A DNA stretch of 64,000 bases. Source: Shigella phage PSD9. Positions 9,303 to 18,046 of this stretch are shown here, one piece after another. A model generated the notes under the pieces. The model did not search any database, was not told where the DNA came from, and was given only the letters and a program-made list of their open reading frames with translations. The stretch is taken from the sequence record MZ561532; one strand, written 5' to 3'. Position 1 is the stretch's first letter; the number at the start of each line of letters is the position of its first letter. The translations under genes were made by a program, and so were the position numbers.

Positions 9303-9497
9303 TTAGATTTCCTCAATGCGAGCATCATGTTCATAAACTTCTACGTCGTCGACATAGGCCTTGACTAGAATACTATTGACTTCAGCGAATTGGGTAGCCA
9401 CCCACACAATATCGTTTTCACGCACTGAAGCTTCTTTGGTAGCGGTATCACCGTTGGCGAAATGGCCGACAAATTTTACTTTAATTGATTCAGACAT
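9303..9497 (-). CDS. hypothetical protein (64 aa)
   Basis: minus-strand ORF. Confidence 0.4.
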   Translation of the reverse strand: MSESIKVKFVGHFANGDTATKEASVRENDIVWVATQFAEVNSILVKAYVDDVEVYEHDARIEEI

Positions 9498-9815
9498 TTA
9501 GATTTCCTCACAGAAGGCCCATTCAGCATGATAAACCGTAGCGCCTTTAGTATCATTTAAACAAACCACATCCACCGGAGCAATTACACGATAAAGACGA
9601 GGTTCTCCTCCCACTGAACGAGCTGCACGTCCAGCATAAATCTTAGCCAAACCGATATCTTCAGTAAAGAACACACGATTTAGGTTTTTCTTACGACCGG
9701 TTTCAGACAGAACTCCTGTTTCCTCAGGAGGACAAAGCATATTACCGATATTAGCGACACTACAACTTCCATGGTAATACACTTTATATTCTGCTTTACA
9801 GTCGATGGTTTTCAT
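9498..9815 (-). CDS. hypothetical protein (105 aa)
   Basis: minus-strand ORF; start adjusted to MKTIDCK after RBS. Confidence 0.45.
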   Translation of the reverse strand: MKTIDCKAEYKVYYHGSCSVANIGNMLCPPEETGVLSETGRKKNLNRVFFTEDIGLAKIYAGRAARSVGGEPRLYRVIAPVDVVCLNDTKGATVYHAEWAFCEEI

Positions 9816-9827
9816 TTTGTTCTCCAA

Positions 9828-9868
9828 GTTGATAGGTCTATAGTATCACGCCTACAGGAGATGTAAAC
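9828..9868 (-). promoter_or_regulatory. early promoter cassette
   Basis: gttgataggtctatagtatca ... gatgtaaac. Confidence 0.6.
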
Positions 9869-9878
9869 CCTTAAAAAC

Positions 9879-9900
9879 AAAAAAGGAGCCGAAGCTCCTT
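9879..9900 (-). terminator. intrinsic terminator hairpin
   Basis: ggagc-cgaa-gctcc stem plus T-run on the minus strand, at the 3' end of gene 41. Confidence 0.6.
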
Positions 9901-11338
9901 AAAATTTGATAGATGCTGCTAAATCGTCCAAATCACTTCTATTAACACGCGTCTGTCGATTGACCTCGGCCTGGCGATTCATCTCACCTGTAGCCTCACG
10001 AACAGTGTTCACTGGGCCTGGGTTGGAATCATCTTCAACTTCGTACCAACGTTGATTTCCTTTCTTAACGCCAATCTTAAATTTGTTGTAGTAGCTCTTA
10101 TCGCCATAACGAGATTTAAGCTGCTTAACCATCTGCATACCCATCTGAGCGAACTCTTCTGTCTCGACCACACCCAACATGAAGTCTGCAGTATGTGCAA
10201 TACCAAAGGATTCAGCAATATCGGCCATATCGATTTCGGCTGCAACGTTCGCACCACGAGTAGTCTGGGCTGCAGTCCACAACAGTAATTTCTTCTCTAC
10301 TGCAAGTCCACGTAGTTCTTCAGCAACCATCTTAATCAATCCGTAACTGTTTTCAGAGAAAACTTTCGTACGAGACGATGCACAGATAGCCAAGTAGTCA
10401 ACGATAACGACCTGTGGGACAAAGTTTTGTTTGAGCTTGTATTCGTTTAATAATGCACGGAATGTATCGGCATTAGCACCGCCAGTAGGATACTGTTTAA
10501 TCTTTAAACGACCTAAAGTAGCAGTTGAACGCCATTTATCCATCTTAGCTTTATATTCAGGCCACGAGACGTGACCATCATCGATATCATCCAGCGACAC
10601 GTCCAGAAGGTTGGCATCGATACGCTTAGCACATACTTCCTCTGCCATCTCCATGGAGATATAAAGAACATCGTAACCAGATTGAAGGTAATCAGCAGCC
10701 AATGAACAAAGACCAAGAGACTTACCTACGTTTGTTCCTGCCAACAATACGTTTTCAGTACCAAACTCAGCACCACCCTTGGTAATCTTATTCAGAATAT
10801 TAAGACGGAATGGAACCTTACGTGCTTTATCAGAATAACTTTTGAAACGTTCTTCATAGTCATCCATCCAGTCATGACCTAATTCAGAATCGAAACAAAT
10901 CGATAATGCATCACGCATGATATCCGGAATAGCACCAATACCTGGAAGTTTTCTATTTTGTTGCTCAACCGGAAGGTCGGCATTAGTTTGGATTTCAATG
11001 ATTTTTGAAGTTGCATTATACATCGCTGCTTTCTGAACGTATTTCTCCGTCTCTTTAACCAACCATTCTTGGTCTTCAGGTCCGGCATTCAGCGAACTTA
11101 AAAGCTCTTTAGCGCCTTGGTGTTCAACTTCTGAAAGCGTACTGTTATCTAATGCAATGCTCAATGCGTTCTTAGAAGGCACTGCATTATATTCATTGAC
11201 ATGTTTTTTAATTTCTTTGAAAAGGGTCTTTGCAGGACCCTGGTCAAAATAAGAATCATTCATATAAGGCCAGACCTTAGTGAAATAATCACTATTGCCT
11301 AGCAGTTGAGCCAAAATAGTTTCTACCACTTCCACCAC
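9899..11338 (-). CDS. 41: replicative DNA helicase gp41 (DnaB-like)
   Basis: Walker A GTNVGKS, DnaB-like C-terminal domain; synteny 61-41-40-uvsX. Confidence 0.9.
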   Translation of the reverse strand: MVEVVETILAQLLGNSDYFTKVWPYMNDSYFDQGPAKTLFKEIKKHVNEYNAVPSKNALSIALDNSTLSEVEHQGAKELLSSLNAGPEDQEWLVKETEKYVQKAAMYNATSKIIEIQTNADLPVEQQNRKLPGIGAIPDIMRDALSICFDSELGHDWMDDYEERFKSYSDKARKVPFRLNILNKITKGGAEFGTENVLLAGTNVGKSLGLCSLAADYLQSGYDVLYISMEMAEEVCAKRIDANLLDVSLDDIDDGHVSWPEYKAKMDKWRSTATLGRLKIKQYPTGGANADTFRALLNEYKLKQNFVPQVVIVDYLAICASSRTKVFSENSYGLIKMVAEELRGLAVEKKLLLWTAAQTTRGANVAAEIDMADIAESFGIAHTADFMLGVVETEEFAQMGMQMVKQLKSRYGDKSYYNKFKIGVKKGNQRWYEVEDDSNPGPVNTVREATGEMNRQAEVNRQTRVNRSDLDDLAASIKF

Positions 11339-11652
11339 CTCTTAGATTTAATTTTATCCAGTTCTTCTTGTATTTGCATTGTAACACATTTTTCTACATG
11401 AAGCGCCAGCTCTTCTTTTCGGTCTTCGGAAGGTGTTCCGAAATCAACCGACACTTTTCCATCTTTCTCAATAACAATATTCATCACATAAACGATGTGA
11501 GCAGTGCCATCGGGTAAAGTAAGCATAATTTCCTGCTTAACCGATCCCATTGACTTACGGATTATATCTAATGATTTCTCATAATAACGAGGGTCACTAG
11601 GACCCTCTTCGGTATCTTTAACGAAATTATCTAAATCAGATAAATCAGTCAT
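11323..11652 (-). CDS. 40: gp40-like protein (head vertex assembly chaperone in T4)
   Basis: 109 aa ORF exactly between 41 and uvsX as in T4; positional call only. Confidence 0.5.
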   Translation of the reverse strand: MTDLSDLDNFVKDTEEGPSDPRYYEKSLDIIRKSMGSVKQEIMLTLPDGTAHIVYVMNIVIEKDGKVSVDFGTPSEDRKEELALHVEKCVTMQIQEELDKIKSKRWWKW

Positions 11653-12817
11653 CTAAATCCATCTCTTCCAAATCGTTTTCGATATCAGCGGCGCTTTGGG
11701 CATTACCACCTAATTTAACAGCAACGTTCTTAGAGACACGAGAGTTAATAAGGTCGTTCACTGCATCGTCAACTTCTTTAATAGAATTAATTGCACCGAG
11801 CTTATACTTATTCTCGATTGCTTCACGGAACGGGGCATGTTTAAACAGCGGTCCCCAGAACTCGACACAATCGGTAGCTTTAGCACGCCATGCTTTTTCT
11901 TCTTGAACCATTTCGCCTGTGGTTTCGTCAAGGAATGCACGATTATACCAGCCAGCTTTAGGTTTCACGACAAAGCCAATATCAGTAGCCATTTCAAGCA
12001 ATCCACTGAATGGGTCGATACCACCTTCGAAGTTCACTGTAATCGGGAACGTTGATTTCTCTTTAACCGTACGAGATTTCTCGGCCTTCAGTGTGAAGTC
12101 ATAACCAGTGAGCTCAGTACCATCTTTAACCTGACGTTTAGAGATAAAGAACACGGTAGAAGCAGAGTACAGAATACCAGTACCACCACCCATAATCTCT
12201 TTAGGGTACATTCCACCAATTTCCATAGCCGTGTGGTTAATTGCTACACAAGGGATATCTTTGATAGTCAGATAAGGTGTTACGATACGGAACAGAGATT
12301 TCAGTGACTTAGCACGGGTCATATCACCTACAACTTTCTCGTTCAAAGCATCTTCGGTTTCTTTCTTAGAAGCAGTGTTACCAATGGAGTCGATAAAGAT
12401 AATAACCTTTTCGCCACGAGTAATTTCTTCTAACTGGTTGGTCATATCAACTTTAAGCTGTTCGACTGACTGGATTGGTGTATGAACCACACGTTCCAAA
12501 TCAACACCCATCGAACGGAAATAAGATTCTGAAGCACCAAACTCAGAGTCATAGAACAAACAAATTGCGTCTGGATATTTCTTCATATATGCCGCAACCA
12601 TGGTAAGTCCAAACAACGTTTTAAAGTGTTTAGATGGAGCAGCAAAGATTGTCAAACCTGATTGTAAGCCTGCATTCAACGCACCGCCTAATGCAATATT
12701 CAGCATAGGGATACGAGTAGGAACTTCGTCACGACCATTAAACAATTTAGATTTGGTCAGGTCGGCGGTCATTTTAGAAGTAGAAGCTTTAATCAAACGG
12801 GATTTTAAATCAGACAT
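11645..12817 (-). CDS. uvsX: UvsX recombinase (RecA-like)
   Basis: near-colinear match to T4 UvsX (MSDLKSRLIKASTSK ... FIDSIGNTASKKETEDALNEKVVGDMTRAK ...). Confidence 0.95.
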   Translation of the reverse strand: MSDLKSRLIKASTSKMTADLTKSKLFNGRDEVPTRIPMLNIALGGALNAGLQSGLTIFAAPSKHFKTLFGLTMVAAYMKKYPDAICLFYDSEFGASESYFRSMGVDLERVVHTPIQSVEQLKVDMTNQLEEITRGEKVIIFIDSIGNTASKKETEDALNEKVVGDMTRAKSLKSLFRIVTPYLTIKDIPCVAINHTAMEIGGMYPKEIMGGGTGILYSASTVFFISKRQVKDGTELTGYDFTLKAEKSRTVKEKSTFPITVNFEGGIDPFSGLLEMATDIGFVVKPKAGWYNRAFLDETTGEMVQEEKAWRAKATDCVEFWGPLFKHAPFREAIENKYKLGAINSIKEVDDAVNDLINSRVSKNVAVKLGGNAQSAADIENDLEEMDLDD

Positions 12818-12894
12818 TATATTTTTCCATAGGCATCATTATATTTTACTCACGTTTTAAGATAGGGTAATTATATCACTTCACATTTACAGCG

Positions 12895-13788
12895 TTAAAG
12901 GACCACGTCCTCATAACTTGGCATTTCGTGCTCAGAATGGATGTGGGCACCGAAATAAATGAATTCAGCCAGACCAGGATGAAATACTAAACTGGGATTC
13001 TCATGATAAATGATATGAGGTCTTGATTTCAGAATCTGATAATATTCAACCTTACTCGGTTTGAATTTAATAATCTCTACATCAGGACGATAGTCTTCAC
13101 GCTTAAATGAATCATTCGGATCGGTGATATAAAGGCGAGAACCTTCAGCCGCAGCTTGGTCTACAACTCTTTCGAATTGATAACATTTATCAGAGATACG
13201 GAATGGATGGAAAATACCATCAATTTTAATAGGCGCTAGACCTTCAGAGTAACGCTCAATTACTGCGGGATTAATTACCTTTTGGTCTACAAAAATCTTA
13301 TCAGAGGACGCACCTCGTGACACCAGGACGTCTTTCTGACATTGATTCAAGACTGTAGTATAAATCGAACGTTCAACTGAACCCACGTCGGTATCAATAA
13401 ACTCATCGATGTAATAACGAGGAACTTCAGGGTCCATTGTAATGTTAAAGTTGAATTGTACGGTATGAGCACCATCATAACCTGTGATATCGGTTACCAA
13501 TCCTGAGCAGTCATAGTATTCGATTAACGAATCAACAACGAACTCATTTTCAGACCAAAAATGTTTACGAGTTTCATAAGCATTTTCTTTATACCAAAGA
13601 GGTACAAAATTCAGTTCAGGAAATAATTCAATGCATTCTTTGATATCGCTCGAATTTCTAGGATAAGCCAGATAATCACCTGGGCAAGCACGGTTTAAAT
13701 GGAGTTGAAAATTACCGTCCTTAAGGACGGCATATTCACCTGTTTCGTAACTACGCATACTGAAAATAGGAACGATAAACAAACTCAT
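12895..13788 (-). CDS. hypothetical protein at the beta-glucosyltransferase locus (297 aa)
   Basis: occupies the T4 beta-gt position between uvsX and 42 but has no similarity I recognise to T4 beta-gt. Confidence 0.5.
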   Translation of the reverse strand: MSLFIVPIFSMRSYETGEYAVLKDGNFQLHLNRACPGDYLAYPRNSSDIKECIELFPELNFVPLWYKENAYETRKHFWSENEFVVDSLIEYYDCSGLVTDITGYDGAHTVQFNFNITMDPEVPRYYIDEFIDTDVGSVERSIYTTVLNQCQKDVLVSRGASSDKIFVDQKVINPAVIERYSEGLAPIKIDGIFHPFRISDKCYQFERVVDQAAAEGSRLYITDPNDSFKREDYRPDVEIIKFKPSKVEYYQILKSRPHIIYHENPSLVFHPGLAEFIYFGAHIHSEHEMPSYEDVVL

Positions 13789-14483
13789 TTCAGGAATCCT
13801 CGAACGTAGTCAAAATCACGTTCAAATACGTGTGCACTAACCATAGTATGGGAATACGTACCCAGACCAACACCACACTGTTCAGCAATAAAGGCCATCA
13901 GTTTACCCTGCAGATAGAAATCCAGCTGCATAACAATAGCACAGTTCTGTGAACGCATATGGGTATGTGCATAAAGACGTCCATCACGAATATAATATGT
14001 CACTGAATCAGTACATGGATATTCTAAGGATTCGTCAGAATCAAGGAGGGCTTGGTCTTGTTCTTGGAGAATTTGGAACACAACTCGTCTTGAGTTAGGC
14101 TTCTCTTTAAGCTCTTTAAGTAAGGCTGGGAGTTGGGCCACAATTCTAGGTCCATAGAAAGTGTTGAAGTTTGCAGGCAATACGTCACTTTTCGGCTTAT
14201 CAATGAACTTAGCAACATTAGGGTATTCCTTAAATGCTTCGGCGGCGTCAGTACCACCAGAAATCATAAACTTCCAGAAAGATTCGGCATAATCATAGCT
14301 GATACGATTAATACGAGGGTCGGTGAATTTATAGGTGCTTGCATCCAGTACTTCTACCGAAGCAGAACCAATTTCATAACAACGGCCGATACGAGAATCA
14401 ACTGCAAACTGTGGAGCTTCCAGGATTTCTTCGTTCATTTGCTTAAACGCGTTTTCAAAACTAACAGCGGTAATGTGTTTCAT
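13785..14483 (-). CDS. 42: dCMP hydroxymethylase gp42 (ThyA fold)
   Basis: thymidylate-synthase-family C-terminal region (PCTDSVTYY ... H.R. ... MQLDFYL); T4 position. Confidence 0.8.
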   Translation of the reverse strand: MKHITAVSFENAFKQMNEEILEAPQFAVDSRIGRCYEIGSASVEVLDASTYKFTDPRINRISYDYAESFWKFMISGGTDAAEAFKEYPNVAKFIDKPKSDVLPANFNTFYGPRIVAQLPALLKELKEKPNSRRVVFQILQEQDQALLDSDESLEYPCTDSVTYYIRDGRLYAHTHMRSQNCAIVMQLDFYLQGKLMAFIAEQCGVGLGTYSHTMVSAHVFERDFDYVRGFLK

Positions 14484-15016
14484 TTATTCACCTTATTTTC
14501 AATATATTCATTCAGACGTTTTAATTCTACCATATCGACGTTAAGCAAGTTATTATGGCCGTCGTGATTTAAGATTTTAAACACGTTTTCAAAACATGTT
14601 TCGTATTGGCGGATAGTTAGGTTGAACTCATCTTTGGTTAATTTAATAAGGTCATCTTCAAAGTCTTTATCCAGTGGATTACGGGTTAAAATAACCTCAA
14701 TAATATTGAATTCAGATTTAAACCTTTTCCAATCTTCCAGTTCTACATAAGGGTCCATTTCACCGCGAAGGAATCCCGAGTAAACAATATTACTTGGATA
14801 ACCACGGTCAAGGATGTAAACGAAATTAGGGTCTAAAAACTTATACAACGTCTCGACTAAAGCCTTGTCATTATCGGTCCCTAATGAAATGCATTTGCCA
14901 TTAATCTTTTTAGGGAAATCAATAAGACGATATTTCTTATCAGATAAAAGTGATTCAATTAAAGTAGACTTCCCGGAATTATCCGGGCCGTCGATAACAA
15001 TGATTTTTGGTTTCAC
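14480..15016 (-). CDS. P-loop nucleoside/nucleotide-type kinase (178 aa)
   Basis: Walker A IVIDGPDNSGKST at the N-terminus, typical of small NMP/dNK-type kinases. Confidence 0.6.
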   Translation of the reverse strand: MKPKIIVIDGPDNSGKSTLIESLLSDKKYRLIDFPKKINGKCISLGTDNDKALVETLYKFLDPNFVYILDRGYPSNIVYSGFLRGEMDPYVELEDWKRFKSEFNIIEVILTRNPLDKDFEDDLIKLTKDEFNLTIRQYETCFENVFKILNHDGHNNLLNVDMVELKRLNEYIENKVNK

Positions 15017-15387
15017 GGATGATATGCCTTATAGGTTTCAAGAGTTCCTTCACGAACCATTTCTTTAAAGTGGTCAGGACGGATTGCTCGGTCATCGATG
15101 ATAAAAGTATAACTCGGCTTATGTGTAAGCAGATTGTGATATTTCAATCCAATCTTTTCAAGGTTCTTAACTAATGCAGGAACTACTTCAACCAAGATTC
15201 GACCCGGGCCGCATGAAGTCATACCACGGGCAGTGAACAAGGTAATCTCGTACCCTTCATCATAAAGCTTATTAATCATGGACACCATTTCGGTGTCCGG
15301 TTTAAAGTTTTCGTAATCACGGTCATCTTGCCAGTGAGTAATGGTATTATCGATATCAAAACACAGATGCATTAAATTTTCTTCCAT
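15013..15387 (-). CDS. HAD-superfamily phosphatase (124 aa)
   Basis: HAD motif I DIDNTIT, motif II-like TARG, motif IV IIDD. Confidence 0.65.
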   Translation of the reverse strand: MEENLMHLCFDIDNTITHWQDDRDYENFKPDTEMVSMINKLYDEGYEITLFTARGMTSCGPGRILVEVVPALVKNLEKIGLKYHNLLTHKPSYTFIIDDRAIRPDHFKEMVREGTLETYKAYHP

Positions 15388-17045
15388 TGTTTGTGGAGTT
15401 CGGTAGAACCTGTAGGTTTATATTTTACACCAGTTTCCTGGTCAAGCAAAACCCACTTATCAGGACAACGAGTGATAATTTGAGCCGTGATAGGGTCGCG
15501 AACTTCATCAACGAATTCACCTGTGATAAGCTTACGCTTACGAGGATGCCGCTTCAGCAGCACACTCAGTTGATATAGCCCATTGTAATAAGCGCCCAGA
15601 GCTTTCAGAGGGTTATTTTTAAAGTAACCTGCCAATGCCATCCAAATAACGGCAATCCAGAGCTTGTGCTTAAATGTACACATCGGAATATCATCTAAAG
15701 GCATAACCTTTTCAATATCAACGAATACACGAGTTCCGTTACGAGTTAAGCCACCCCATAGAGGGTCAGAGTTAAATTTGTCATAACCATCGATAGAATA
15801 AAGCACCTTAGCTTCATCATAAATCGCAGGGCCTTTAGAACTATTACCAAAATAACCACGTGGGTCGATGATTTTAATATTACCTTCGTCCGACAACATA
15901 ATATTACTGTAGTGCGGGTCGCCATGAATAAGTTGGTACGGTTCTTTATGTTCAGACAGAATTTCTAGTGCATGACGAAGAAGTTTTTCAGGGTCGCCTA
16001 CCTTAAAGTCATTGACATGGGTAATGCCCTGTGGAGCAAAGCCTTCAATCAATCCGGCAATAGAAGCATTACGAATAAGGACCTTGTCCAATACTTCTTT
16101 CTTAACATCAGAATACCATTGCTCATCGGACGGATTATCGATAGTCCCACCGAACGAACGTAATGCACTAATAACCTTATAAACCATTAGGACTTTAGTT
16201 TCTTTAGACATAAACCGGTAGGCATCTGCCATGGTTCGACCAAAGATACGTTCCATTTTAATGAATTCGCCTGGAGCAAAGTCTACAATGCTAGGAACGA
16301 ATTCGGAATCAATAGAATTATACCAATTGATTTCTTTAGATTGGATTTCTTTACCCAATTCGTTAGTTGGTACTTTAATAGCTAGATTCTCGGTGAACTC
16401 TAATTTATTAAATTCACGGTTAATTTCAGAATCTTCATGCGCCTTAGCCAGTTTCAGTTTGTCACCAACATCAACTACAAAGTCTAACTTACGTTCAGTC
16501 AAATGGACCATTGAATCCAGGTTGTCAGCAAGGTCTTCACCATAATTAGAACGGTCGAAACCTGTCCAATTAGCCACCTGATACAAGCCAACTACGCCAC
16601 CACCGGTACCAATTTCACGCAAGTACGGTTCTTCAAATGTAAAACGACAGTCAGTCCCATAGGTATAACAGTAGTCGTTATCCCACTCAACTTTATGACC
16701 TTCAGGAATAATATCACACCAGTTAAACAAGACATTGTGCCCAATGATATCTTCGGCAATGCAATCGATAGCATGAGCCGAACCATTGGCAACATCAACG
16801 TTACGAATAGTGAATTTAGGCTTATCACTATTAATCATGTTAATGGATTTAATATAGCCTTTAACGAGGTCGTTAAATTTGCTGTGAATAACCAGAATAA
16901 TTTCATCTGATTGATTACTATACAAATCATACAAATGTTTTAATACAGTATGTTGTTTGTAGTTAACCAGTACCTTCGGGATTTCGTTGGTAATTGGATA
17001 CAACCGTGAGCCAAGACCCGCGCCTAAAATAACAACCTTTTTCAT
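15372..17045 (-). CDS. bifunctional sugar-1-phosphate nucleotidyltransferase / APH-fold kinase
   Basis: N-term ILGAGLGSRLYPIT (RmlA/GlmU-type NTase signature); C-term LIHGDPHYSNIM ... IIDPRG (choline-kinase/APH catalytic loop); start adjusted to MKKVV. Confidence 0.7.
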   Translation of the reverse strand: MKKVVILGAGLGSRLYPITNEIPKVLVNYKQHTVLKHLYDLYSNQSDEIILVIHSKFNDLVKGYIKSINMINSDKPKFTIRNVDVANGSAHAIDCIAEDIIGHNVLFNWCDIIPEGHKVEWDNDYCYTYGTDCRFTFEEPYLREIGTGGGVVGLYQVANWTGFDRSNYGEDLADNLDSMVHLTERKLDFVVDVGDKLKLAKAHEDSEINREFNKLEFTENLAIKVPTNELGKEIQSKEINWYNSIDSEFVPSIVDFAPGEFIKMERIFGRTMADAYRFMSKETKVLMVYKVISALRSFGGTIDNPSDEQWYSDVKKEVLDKVLIRNASIAGLIEGFAPQGITHVNDFKVGDPEKLLRHALEILSEHKEPYQLIHGDPHYSNIMLSDEGNIKIIDPRGYFGNSSKGPAIYDEAKVLYSIDGYDKFNSDPLWGGLTRNGTRVFVDIEKVMPLDDIPMCTFKHKLWIAVIWMALAGYFKNNPLKALGAYYNGLYQLSVLLKRHPRKRKLITGEFVDEVRDPITAQIITRCPDKWVLLDQETGVKYKPTGSTELHKQWKKI

Positions 17046-17105
17046 TATCTGTTCCTCAAGTGAATGTAGGTACATTATACACTATTTTTAATAAATTGGT
17101 ATTGC

Positions 17106-17606
17106 TTAAATCTTATCTTTACCGATTTCAATACACTGTTCTATTGCCGCCGGTACTTTGGTCTTGAGCTTATCGATTTGTTTCTTATAATCACGAGCTT
17201 TACCGAAGCTCTCGGTTTCGAGCATTTCGTAATAACGAGCCTCGTGGATGGAAATCTGTAGATTGATATGGTTTACGCACATCGCATACAGTTTCTGCTT
17301 TTTGTACAAATCATCTTGACGCTTCATTTCTGCCTGGTGTTTGGCTAGTACCGCTTCACGCTTGGACTCTTGTTCACGTTGGAATTCGATTTCTTGTTGA
17401 GCATATTTTGCACAGTTATTACCGCATTGATTATTAGCTCGGGTGTACACAAGTCCAGAACCTGCACGGAATTTCATTTCGCCATCGAATTGTTTCTGTT
17501 CAGCTGCGATACGAGCTTTACCAACTTCATCGGCCGAAACTGTATCACCATATTGGACCGCGCAACCTGATAGGAGCATACTCATTGCGATAATTAACTT
17601 TTTCAT
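17106..17606 (-). CDS. putative lipoprotein (166 aa)
   Basis: signal peptide with lipobox LLSGC; coiled-coil-rich mature part. Confidence 0.5.
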   Translation of the reverse strand: MKKLIIAMSMLLSGCAVQYGDTVSADEVGKARIAAEQKQFDGEMKFRAGSGLVYTRANNQCGNNCAKYAQQEIEFQREQESKREAVLAKHQAEMKRQDDLYKKQKLYAMCVNHINLQISIHEARYYEMLETESFGKARDYKKQIDKLKTKVPAAIEQCIEIGKDKI

Positions 17607-17747
17607 AATATCCTCAATTAAAACAGTTATACTTAATTTGTGCTATAAGAATAATCCATCCAATGATGAGTGTCGGAATCATTGGCGGAATTGCCACTGC
17701 CCAATAAACGGTAAAGGCAGCCATTATAAGAAATAAAACAATTATTT

Positions 17748-17984
17748 TCATTGTTTAACAATAATGATTTGTGCGTTTGATTTACGTTCAGCGACGATAG
17801 CCCAGATTAAAGCCACTACCCAACCAATCATCGTCCAGCCTAACAGGAGATTAAGGAAGAAAATTCCTACATTACTACGAGTGCCTCGCAGAAGAGCCAG
17901 AATCCATGGTAAAAAGTAACCGATGAACATAATAACCAGAGAACCGAATCCTAAAACACCAGCACTAACGATTAAAGCTTCCAT
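17748..17984 (-). CDS. imm: superinfection immunity protein Imm
   Basis: two-TM protein with the Imm-family pattern YFLPWILA ... NLLLGWTMIGWVVALIWA; T4 position beside 43. Confidence 0.7.
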   Translation of the reverse strand: MEALIVSAGVLGFGSLVIMFIGYFLPWILALLRGTRSNVGIFFLNLLLGWTMIGWVVALIWAIVAERKSNAQIIIVKQ

Positions 17985-17998
17985 TGTAATTTCCTCAT

Positions 17999-18046
17999 GT
18001 AGTTGATAGGAAGGATACTACCACGTTCCTTGTGGTATGTAAACAC
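17999..18046 (-). promoter_or_regulatory. early promoter cassette (variant)
   Basis: gttgataggaaggatactac ... gtatgtaaac immediately 3' of gene 43. Confidence 0.45.

Noticed and set aside
10009-10716. Short ORFs in alternate frames or antisense within gene 41
   Set aside because: gp41 is a confident call; these are frame artefacts.
12895-13788. Calling the 297-aa protein a beta-glucosyltransferase
   Set aside because: It occupies the beta-gt slot but shows no resemblance I can see to T4 beta-gt; left as hypothetical with a positional note.
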